Source: Candidatus Kuenenia stuttgartensis
GTDB taxonomy: Bacteria > Planctomycetota > Brocadiia > Brocadiales > Brocadiaceae
DNA length: 32,000 nucleotides
Assembly: GCF_900232105.1 (NCBI RefSeq)
Contig: NZ_LT934425.1
Location: 1,440,001-1,472,000 of the forward strand
Reading direction: 5' to 3'
Shown here one piece after another: positions 1-7,966 of the stretch; position 1 is the stretch's first letter; each line of letters begins with the position of its first letter. The notes under the pieces were generated by a model that searched no databases, had not been told where the DNA came from, and saw nothing but the letters and a program-made list of their open reading frames with translations. The position numbers were made by a program, and so were the translations under genes.

Positions 1-253
1 ATCGCAATTTTCATATACCTTCCTCATACTCTGCGAAAATGGATCTTCATCAAAGAAACAAAGCCTCAGATACTGAATACCAAACGCACTAATATGCAAC
101 AATTACATATTAGAAATCACTACAGCATTAATTTTAGCAAATTATCTGTTTAATTACCAAGCAAAATTACTGAAATAACCGCCGGGTTACTATTTATAGT
201 TTAAGTTTTTTATAAATCTTTATTCTTCATAATACTTTCATGGAACATGACAA

Positions 254-760
254 CTACTCCAGACCCAGCTTTGCCCTCAACCCCTGATCTTTCCTGGAAA
301 CAGCATTAGAGAGTTGCTTTTTATACATAACTATTTTTTGCCTCAAAGCCGGATTCGCAACACTTAATATCTGTATTGCCAGTATTGCGGCGTTAATTGC
401 CCCTGCCTTTCCAATACCCATGGTAGAAACGGGGACGCCAGATGGCATTTGTACGGTAGAAAGAAGCGAATCCAAACCTCCCAATTCTGGCGTTGGCATA
501 GGAATTCCGATAACAGGAACAGGCGTCAGGCTGGCAATTACCCCTGCCAGATGTGCAGCCCCCCCCGCCCCAACAATGATTACTTCGTATTTTTTTTCGG
601 CTTCCAAAGCATAAGAATGGGCACGTTCCGGTGAACGATGGGCAGATATGACATTTACATCGAAATCCAATCCAAATTCTCTTAACGTTTGTACAGCCTC
701 TTTAATTATTGGCACGTCTGAATCACTACCCATTACTATACCAATCTTTTTCATTTTCAT
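254..760 (-). CDS. purE: N5-carboxyaminoimidazole ribonucleotide mutase (PurE class I)
   Basis: 168-aa ORF with typical PurE sequence: GIVMGSDSDVPIIKEA, SAHRSPERAHSYA, VIIVGAGGAAHLAGVIAS, PVPVIGIPM. Confidence 0.97.
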   Translation of the reverse strand: MKMKKIGIVMGSDSDVPIIKEAVQTLREFGLDFDVNVISAHRSPERAHSYALEAEKKYEVIIVGAGGAAHLAGVIASLTPVPVIGIPMPTPELGGLDSLLSTVQMPSGVPVSTMGIGKAGAINAAILAIQILSVANPALRQKIVMYKKQLSNAVSRKDQGLRAKLGLE

Positions 761-815
761 AATTTATCCGCCCAAAAAACCGGTAAATCAATGTATTTGA
801 ATACCCTCACCGTTT

Positions 816-848
816 AACCCTGACAGGGTTCCAAACCCTGTCAGGGTT
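816..848. repeat. Hairpin AACCCTGACAGGGTT-CCA-AACCCTGTCAGGGTT (REP/terminator-like)
   Basis: Directly visible inverted repeat between fdhA and purE; each arm is itself near-palindromic. Confidence 0.7.
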
Positions 849-926
849 GTTTCATTCATATACTGGTGAAGCATATATACAATCGCTGCTATATCTCTGA
901 AATAAAAATATAATCGTAGTGTTTGT

Positions 927-3617
927 TTACATTTTCTCTACCTTAACGGCACACACCTTATACTCCGGTGTAAGCGCAAGCATATCTTCTCCAGGCCCAG
1001 TTAACACATTCGTCGGTGTTTCAGGATAATGGAAGGACAGGAATACGCTTCCCAACCGGGATTTCTCCGTTAACTCCGTCTTTACTTCCAGCGAACCTCG
1101 CCTCGAAGATACTTTGACCTTCTCGCCTGATTTTATATCCAGTTTCGCCGCATCCGCCGGATGTATTTCCATAAACTCCTCAGAGTTTATGGCGCATATC
1201 TCCGGATTCCTCAAGGACATCGAACCATTATTATACTGATACAGCCGCCGACCGGTTGTCAGCAATAACGGATACTCCTCGTCCGGCAATTCTTCTGAAG
1301 GGGTATACATCAGGTCGTTAAACATCCCCCGCCCCCTTTTAAAGGTGTCTTTATGCAGTATCGGCGTTCCGGGATGATTCATGTCCCACACAGGCCACAC
1401 TAACCCGTCTCCCTCCAGACGCTTGTAATTAATACCCGCCATATCAGGCGTCAGCTTCGCTATCTCATCCATAATCTCACTCGGATGATTATAACTCATA
1501 GGGTATCCCATTGCCGTGGCGATTGAACAAATAATATCCCAGTCCGATTTCGTTCCCTCCGGCAACGGTATAGCCTTATGTAGCCTCCGTACTCTTCTCT
1601 CCGCATTGGTAAACGTACCATCCTTCTCAAAGTAACAACTCGTTGGCAATACCACATGCGCAAGTTTCGCCGTCTCTGTCATGAATAGCTCCTGCACTAC
1701 CAGAAATTCAAGCTTGCTTATTGATGCCCTTACCTTGTTTATATCCGCCTGTGATATCGCCGGGTCATAGCCTATTATATACATCGCCTTCAAATCCCCG
1801 GATTCTATCGCACGGTACATCTGCGGCTCTTTCAAACCGGGCTTCTCCGGAAGCTTCTTTACCTTCCATGCTTCAGCATGCTTACGGTTGGCTTCCGGAT
1901 CGTCCACCCTCTGGTAACATGCATATACGTCCGGCAATGCACCCATATCACACGACCCCTGTACGTTGTTCTGCCCACGCAGAGGGTTTATACCCGTATT
2001 CGGACGCCCAACATTCCCGGTTATTAGCGCCAGATTCGCCAAAGACATTACCCCGTGTGAACCCGCCTTGTGCTCCGTCATCCCTAACCCGTAAATGATC
2101 ATACCCTTGTTCGTACCCGCATACATCCTTGCGGCTTTTATTATGTCTTCCTTCGGTACCCCGGTAATCGCCTCCGTCTCTTCAGGGGTATATTTGCTTA
2201 CTACCTGCTTCAGCATTTCAAAGTTCTCGGTACGCCTTTCTATGAAGTCGTCATTCTGCAATCCCTCTTTTATGATTACGTGAAGGAGTCCGTTTATGAG
2301 CGCCACGTTTGTCCCTGCCCTTAACTGAAGGTGTATATCCGCATATTTGACCAGTTCTATTTTTCTGGGATCTATTACGATGAGTTTCGCTCCGTTCTGC
2401 CTCACCGCCTTTTTTATTTTTAACGCGGCTACCGGGTGGGCTTCCGTCGTGTTGGAACCGCTCACGATGAGCACTTCAGCGCCTTCAATATCGGCCAGTG
2501 AGTTTGTTGCCGCTCCGCTCCCAAGCGCAGCCCTCAGCCCCGTTACCGAAGGCGCATGACATACACGTGCACAATTGTCCATATTATTGGTGCCCATTAC
2601 CACACGTGTAAATTTCTGGGCAAGAAAGTTTTCCTCGTTTGTACCCCTCGATGAACTCAGACACCCGAACGAATCCGGGCCGTACTTTTTCTTTATCTCC
2701 GAAAATCTCTTCGCCACAAGGCCGATTGCCTCTTCCCAGCTTGCTTCCCGAAACGGTTCGTTTATGTTATCACGCACAAGCGGCGTTTTTAAACGATCCT
2801 TGCTTGAATAAAATTCAAATCCATACCGCCCCTTAACACAGAGGCTCCCATAATTGGGCGCAGAGTTTATATCCGCCGTTACTTGTAATATTTCATTGTT
2901 TTTTATATGGAGCACCAGACTGCAACCCACCCCGCAATAAGAACATACCGTCCTCACTTTTCTGGTCTCCCATGAACGCGCCTTCTTCATTACCGGCTTG
3001 TCCATTAACGCCCCCACCGGACAGACGGATACACAATGACCGCAGAACACACAACCCCCGTCCTGCATCGATTTCTCAAAGGCGGTTGATACCCTTGTCT
3101 TTATCCCACGATCCGAAAACGTCCACACATGCTGCCCCTGCACTTCATCGCATATCCTGACACATTTGCCGCACATTATGCACTTGTTCATGTCACGGTA
3201 AATGGCAGGATTAGACTCGTCAGGCGCAGGCACGGGATTCTGCTTCACAAACCGCGATGTCTTTACGTCATACTCATACATCAGGTTCTGCAGGCTACAC
3301 TCCCCCGCCTTGTCGCAGGTAAGGCAATCATTGGGATGATTCGACCAGAGCAATTCCAGATTCAGCCGCCGGGAACGCAGCACCGCTTCGCTCCGGGTTG
3401 ACACCTTCATGCCCTCCGATACAGGCGTCGCACACGAAGCCGCCAAATTGTCCTTCCCTTCCACTTCCACCACACATATCCTGCACGCCCCCGATGGCTT
3501 CAACCGCGGATCATGGCATAGTGTCGGTATCCGTATCCCAACCCGACGTGCTGCTTCCAGTATCGTCTGCGAAGGGTCTGCCTCCACACGCTTCCCGTCT
3601 ATTATTACTGTTGTCAT
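927..3617 (-). CDS. NAD-linked formate dehydrogenase alpha subunit (NuoG-like Fe-S N-terminus plus molybdopterin domain), Cys-type active site
   Basis: 896-aa ORF. 2Fe-2S domain CHDPRLKPSGACRICVVEVEG, HPNDCLTCDKAGEC, CIMCGKCVRIC, CVFCGHCVSVCP, CSYCGVGC and NCARVCHAPSV active-site segment. GGAGG Shine-Dalgarno before the ATG. Confidence 0.92.
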   Translation of the reverse strand: MTTVIIDGKRVEADPSQTILEAARRVGIRIPTLCHDPRLKPSGACRICVVEVEGKDNLAASCATPVSEGMKVSTRSEAVLRSRRLNLELLWSNHPNDCLTCDKAGECSLQNLMYEYDVKTSRFVKQNPVPAPDESNPAIYRDMNKCIMCGKCVRICDEVQGQHVWTFSDRGIKTRVSTAFEKSMQDGGCVFCGHCVSVCPVGALMDKPVMKKARSWETRKVRTVCSYCGVGCSLVLHIKNNEILQVTADINSAPNYGSLCVKGRYGFEFYSSKDRLKTPLVRDNINEPFREASWEEAIGLVAKRFSEIKKKYGPDSFGCLSSSRGTNEENFLAQKFTRVVMGTNNMDNCARVCHAPSVTGLRAALGSGAATNSLADIEGAEVLIVSGSNTTEAHPVAALKIKKAVRQNGAKLIVIDPRKIELVKYADIHLQLRAGTNVALINGLLHVIIKEGLQNDDFIERRTENFEMLKQVVSKYTPEETEAITGVPKEDIIKAARMYAGTNKGMIIYGLGMTEHKAGSHGVMSLANLALITGNVGRPNTGINPLRGQNNVQGSCDMGALPDVYACYQRVDDPEANRKHAEAWKVKKLPEKPGLKEPQMYRAIESGDLKAMYIIGYDPAISQADINKVRASISKLEFLVVQELFMTETAKLAHVVLPTSCYFEKDGTFTNAERRVRRLHKAIPLPEGTKSDWDIICSIATAMGYPMSYNHPSEIMDEIAKLTPDMAGINYKRLEGDGLVWPVWDMNHPGTPILHKDTFKRGRGMFNDLMYTPSEELPDEEYPLLLTTGRRLYQYNNGSMSLRNPEICAINSEEFMEIHPADAAKLDIKSGEKVKVSSRRGSLEVKTELTEKSRLGSVFLSFHYPETPTNVLTGPGEDMLALTPEYKVCAVKVEKM

Positions 3618-3794
3618 GTCTCCTCCTGCATTTTATAACAAAATAATGATTCCTCTGTATTTTTCATTGTTCTGAAAAAACAAAAAATTAGGTCACAATT
3701 TAGCTTTCCGAAAGATATGCTCTATAGCCTTACAATTTGTGCTTTATAAACAATGTCGTATAAATTAGGCCTTCAGCAACTTTCTCGATGTAGC

Positions 3795-3895
3795 GCGAAG
3801 TGCCACTTCGCTCGCGACGAAGCAATCGCTTCGTCCTACAAGCTTGAAATTCCTATACGTTAAGTTCAGCACGGACAAACAGCGTTTGTCCGTGC
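3795..3895. promoter_or_regulatory. Cluster of three successive hairpins between nuoF-like and fdhA-like genes
   Basis: GCGAAGTG-C-CACTTCGC (3795-3811); GACGAAGC-AATC-GCTTCGTC (3816-3835); GCACGGACAAAC-AGC-GTTTGTCCGTGC (3869-3895). Confidence 0.6.
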
Positions 3896-3924
3896 CATCC
3901 TATTATCAATTTAAATTCCACATT

Positions 3925-5577
3925 TTAGGCAGACGCTTTTTTAGCGATATTTTCTTCATACTCATTTTTAAAGTACTGCAGCGTAGAAACAACGGGATTC
4001 GCAGATGTTTGTCCCAGTCCGCACAGCGAAGACGTCCTGGTTGCTTCCGCCAGTTCTTCCAGAAGGCCAATATCTTCTCTTTCCCCTTCCCCGTTTGCTA
4101 TCCTCGTCAGTATCTCCAGCATCCGCTTAGTACCTACCCTGCACGGAGTACACTTCCCGCATGATTCATTCTGGCAGAATTCCATGAAATACCTCGCTAT
4201 CTCTACCATAGAGGTGGTTTCATCCATGATAATAAGTCCCCCGGACCCCATTATCGCCCCAACCTCTTTTACCGATTCATAATCAATCGGCGTATCAAGG
4301 TATTGCTCAGGCACACATCCGCCCGAAGGACCTCCCATCTGCGCCGCCTTGAATTGCCGGCGACGGGGTATGCCTCCGCCTATTTCAAACACCAGCTCAC
4401 GAAGCGTTGTTCCCATCGGCACTTCTACCAGTCCCGTATTGTTTACACTGCCCGCCAGTGCAAATATCTTCGTCCCCTTGCTCGACTCCGTTCCTATTGC
4501 GCTGAAATACTTCGCACCCTCAAGGATTATTACCGGAATATTTGCCAGTGTTTCCACGTTGTTTATATTCGTTGGCTTTCCCCACAATCCGCTTACCGCA
4601 GGAAAAGGAGGACGCGGACGCGGCATCCCGCGTTCACCTTCAATAGAAGCAATCAATGCCGTCTCCTCGCCGCATACAAATGCACCTGCACCCATTTTTA
4701 CTTCTATATCGAAATGGAATCCGCTCCCTAATATATTCTCCCCCAACAATCCAAGTGACCGGGCATCGCCTATGGCTATCTTCACATGTTCCACGGCAAT
4801 AGGATATTCTTCCCGCACATAGATTATCCCCTTCCCGGAACCTATAGCATAACCGCAAATCAACATCCCTTCAATTACAGAATGAGGGTCTCCCTCAAGC
4901 ACCGCACGGTCCATAAATGCACCAGGATCCCCTTCGTCTCCGTTACAGATAACATATTTCTCGTCACCCACGGCATTTTTTGCAGACTCCCACTTCTTCC
5001 CCGTCGGAAATCCGGCCCCGCCACGTCCCCGCAGACCGGATGCCTTCACCTCTTCAATTACTTTGTCAGGGGACATGCCGGAAAGTACTTTCTCAAGGGC
5101 GACATACCCATTCCTCAAAATGTATTCACTTATCTTTTTCGGGTCGATTACCCCGCAGTTCCTTAATACAATCTTTTTCTGCTTTTTGTAAAAGGATATG
5201 TCTTTCCGGTAGGGTACCCGTTTTCCATCTTCCGTGCAGCAAAGCCTTTCAATGATTTCCTCCTTAAGGACTGTCCTGGAAACTATCTCATGCACGTCAC
5301 TCTCCGTGACCCTGCCGTAAAATACCCCCATTGGCTCTACCGTTACTACAGGCGCCCTTGTACACAATCCCTGACAGCCGGTATCCACCACTTCCACCCT
5401 GTCTTTAAGGGACTGCATCTCAATTTCCGCCTGAAAGGTTTTGTACACTTCCCAGGCCCCCAACGCCCGGCAACCTGTCGTACAAATTAAAATACGTATT
5501 TTCTCCCCGCTGCTTTTTTCCGCTTCCAAAGATTTTCTATACCTTTTCAGGGCATCAATGCTATTCAATTTTTCCAT
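3925..5577 (-). CDS. NADH-binding flavoprotein subunit, NuoF/HoxF/FdsB-like
   Basis: GRGGAGFPTGKKWE, GDEGDPGAFMDRAVLEGDPHSVIEGM, GAGAFVCGEETALIASIEGERGMPRPRPPFPA, CGKCTPCRVGTKRM. Start placed at the ATG (5577) behind GGAGGAG; the ORF track starts two codons upstream at GTG. Confidence 0.93.
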   Translation of the reverse strand: MEKLNSIDALKRYRKSLEAEKSSGEKIRILICTTGCRALGAWEVYKTFQAEIEMQSLKDRVEVVDTGCQGLCTRAPVVTVEPMGVFYGRVTESDVHEIVSRTVLKEEIIERLCCTEDGKRVPYRKDISFYKKQKKIVLRNCGVIDPKKISEYILRNGYVALEKVLSGMSPDKVIEEVKASGLRGRGGAGFPTGKKWESAKNAVGDEKYVICNGDEGDPGAFMDRAVLEGDPHSVIEGMLICGYAIGSGKGIIYVREEYPIAVEHVKIAIGDARSLGLLGENILGSGFHFDIEVKMGAGAFVCGEETALIASIEGERGMPRPRPPFPAVSGLWGKPTNINNVETLANIPVIILEGAKYFSAIGTESSKGTKIFALAGSVNNTGLVEVPMGTTLRELVFEIGGGIPRRRQFKAAQMGGPSGGCVPEQYLDTPIDYESVKEVGAIMGSGGLIIMDETTSMVEIARYFMEFCQNESCGKCTPCRVGTKRMLEILTRIANGEGEREDIGLLEELAEATRTSSLCGLGQTSANPVVSTLQYFKNEYEENIAKKASA

Positions 5578-5756
5578 TAACACTTCTCCTCCATTCCTAA
5601 TAGAAATGTTGAATTTTAAATTCTGAATTCTGAATTAAAATTAATTTAATATTGTAACTGTTTAGTGTAATCTATTTAACTACCGAAGCACAACTCGCTT
5701 CCGAAAAGTTGAATTCTGAATTAATTTAAAATTTAACATTTAAAATCTAAAATTCC

Positions 5757-6227
5757 CTAATAACTCTTGAGAATTTCCTCGGTTTTTTCTTCAGTCAATT
5801 TCCCATAATAGCGGTCGTCTATCATCATTACAGGCGCCAAAAAACACGTGCCTAAACATGCTACCGTTTTATGGGTAAATTTATAGTCAGGTGTTGTTTC
5901 GCCTTCTTTTACCTGCAGGACGTCTGCTATTTTCTCCCCGATGTCCGGGGCGCCCTTTATGTGGCAGGCAGTGCCGGCGCACAGCCTGACGGTATGCTTT
6001 CCTCGGGGAACCAGCGAAAATTGCGAATAAAAAGTCACGACTCCGTATATCCTGCTCAACGGTATGTCCGTCCGCACCGACACTTCTTCCATTGCCGTCA
6101 GGGGCAAATATCCGTACTCCTCCTGCATCTCCTGTAATATCGGAATTAAATCGTTTGACGCGGCACGGGAAAGAATGGCATGACATTTGTCTAAATTAAA
6201 TGATAATGAATTTGCTTCGTCCGACAT
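5757..6227 (-). CDS. NuoE-like [2Fe-2S] subunit (thioredoxin-like)
   Basis: RIYGVVTFYSQFSLVPRGKHTVRLCAGTACHIKGAP ... ACLGTCFLAPVMMIDDRYYGKLT. ATG at 6227 preceded by GGAGAGG; the track start at 6245 is probably six codons too long. Confidence 0.93.
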   Translation of the reverse strand: MSDEANSLSFNLDKCHAILSRAASNDLIPILQEMQEEYGYLPLTAMEEVSVRTDIPLSRIYGVVTFYSQFSLVPRGKHTVRLCAGTACHIKGAPDIGEKIADVLQVKEGETTPDYKFTHKTVACLGTCFLAPVMMIDDRYYGKLTEEKTEEILKSY

Positions 6228-6319
6228 AATTCCCTCTCCTTGCATTTATGTCAATGGTAATAAAGAAAAGTAAACGTCTGATGGTTTTATAAAACCCCGC
6301 AAATCACATACTATCACTT

Positions 6320-6749
6320 TGCGGGAGAATGGCCTTGTATCACAACAACATCAGAAACAATACAAATTCCGCTAAATATGTCTTTTGCAAAAGCGCTTAA
6401 AGAGTCCCACCCTTTTTCGCCAGAAATCAGGCCTATTAACAGGTTGCCTGTTATAAGCAGCACTGAACCGTCCGGATTCCGCCATGCAGGGTATTCAAGT
6501 TATACACCGGAACAAACGCCGCCATGAATATCGCAGTGCCAGGGACATGATAACCGCATGGTTGACGCCTGTCTTATTTAATTCTACTCCGCCGTGAAAT
6601 CCTATGGCAAATAGCAGATAAAGCGAAAATAGTTTGGGTAAAGGCTCAGGAATTTTAATATCTGATTTGCAAAATGATGCAATCATCCCCAGGGAGAAAA
6701 ACAAGGCCGGCGGATGCAACAAATTATCAATAATAATAGAAACATTCAC
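6320..6749 (-). pseudogene. Remnant of a sodium-dependent bicarbonate permease (SbtA/DUF897-like)
   Basis: N-terminal piece NLLHPPALFFSLGMIASFCKSDIKIPEPLPKLFSLYLLFAIGFHGGVELNKTGVNHAVIMSLAL. After a collapsed middle, the remaining reading frame encodes NPDGSVLLITGNLLIGLISGEKGWDSLSAFAKDIFSGI before degenerating. Confidence 0.65.
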
Positions 6750-6946
6750 TTGCGTTCTCCTTTACTTTTCCAGATACACGAAAAAGATATTTTCTTTCCC
6801 AACATTTACATTGTCCTGCCTGATCATCCACCACCCATACCATATTAATAGACAAATTGAAGAACGCCAGTTGGAGGGTATTTCCGGTTTTCAATTTTAG
6901 CGCTGCCTGTACACTATAGTCAAACAAATCTGGTTTTAGAAACTTA

Positions 6947-7115
6947 GCGGTAATTTGGCTTTTTGAAAAATGGAGGCGAAGCATTTGCCTGCGTACAGTA
7001 TAACTCCTTCAACATAGCGGGGTTGGCGTATGTACAGCATTTTACGTCTCTCTCTTATATGCAGGCAAATGCTTCGCCCCTACCCAGAATGTTTTTCGAA
7101 AAACAGATTTATTAG
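6947..7115. repeat. Degenerate MITE-like element with core inverted repeat GGCGAAGCATTTGCCTGC ... GCAGGCAAATGCTTCGCC
   Basis: Core arms at 6975-6992 and 7061-7078 are exact reverse complements. Outer ends (GCGGTAATTTGGCTTTTTGAAAAAT and GTTTTTCGAAAAACAGATTTATTAG) resemble degraded copies of the 25-bp TIR. Confidence 0.6.
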
Positions 7116-7430
7116 ACTATATTTGCCTGTCTTAATTTAAATATCGCAGGTAGAGAAACAAAAAAAGCCGCACAACGATATTGCTTTGTCATTGTGCGGC
7201 CTATCCATTGACAGACGATAAAAAAAATCGCCCCTCAAGTTTCTGCCCCGAAATCGGCTTAAAAGTATACTGATGCTATATGAAAATTCTATGAAGTCAA
7301 GAAAAAATAATAGCGCCAAAATGGAATATCCCTTTACGAATTTTATTATGGGCAGGCATGGTCACAAAGGCGTTTTGCGGCAGGTGGAAAAACCCGTTTT
7401 TCTCTTGAAATTATCGTGTTGCACTTCTTT

Positions 7431-7799
7431 TTACTCCAGCTTTGGCGGAGAATCGAGGGTAAATAAAACAACTTTTTCTCCTGTTCTGGTGCTGATATCG
7501 GTATGTAAGCTTATTGTTTTTTGATTTGTAATGGATTCCACAACAGCTTCCAAAAGCGGCCGCCCTTTTTCCAACAAGGCAATTCTCATCTGTTTTATCA
7601 ATGTTCTTCCATTGGCAATATCTACGGGATTGGCAAGCTGGTACTCTGCTTTTGTAAGAACGCCTTTTAGCCTGACCAAAACCAAGTCATCAACAATATA
7701 GGTTTTTGCTTCCAATGGTCCCCTACCCATGTATTCTTTTTCGAATTTAATGATCGCTTCACTAATTTCAGCCTCTATTTGCCCTTTGGTTTTTTTCAT
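7431..7799 (-). CDS. DUF2294 / MpsC-like protein
   Basis: GQIEAEISEAIIKFEKEYMGRGPLEAKTYIVDDLVLVRLKGVLTKAE...SLHTDISTRTGEKVVLFTLD matches the remembered DUF2294 pattern. Confidence 0.8.
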   Translation of the reverse strand: MKKTKGQIEAEISEAIIKFEKEYMGRGPLEAKTYIVDDLVLVRLKGVLTKAEYQLANPVDIANGRTLIKQMRIALLEKGRPLLEAVVESITNQKTISLHTDISTRTGEKVVLFTLDSPPKLE

Positions 7800-7966
7800 A
7801 ATACTTCTTTATTAAAAAGGTAAAAATATCAATACTCGTAAAATTATTTACGAAGTACGACTTACGGCTTACGATTTGGGATTTGGGATTTTAAATCGTA
7901 CCTCGTAAATCGTACATCGTATCCTGTAATGTTTTCCCAAAACAGATTTATCTCTGGCGATATGCC

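Noticed and set aside
2559-2561. Possible selenocysteine site in the formate dehydrogenase
   Set aside because: The codon reads TGT (Cys) on the minus strand, not TGA.
1721-3646. Many plus-strand ORFs opposite the formate dehydrogenase alpha gene
   Set aside because: Proline/serine-rich antisense shadows of a clearly coding minus-strand gene.
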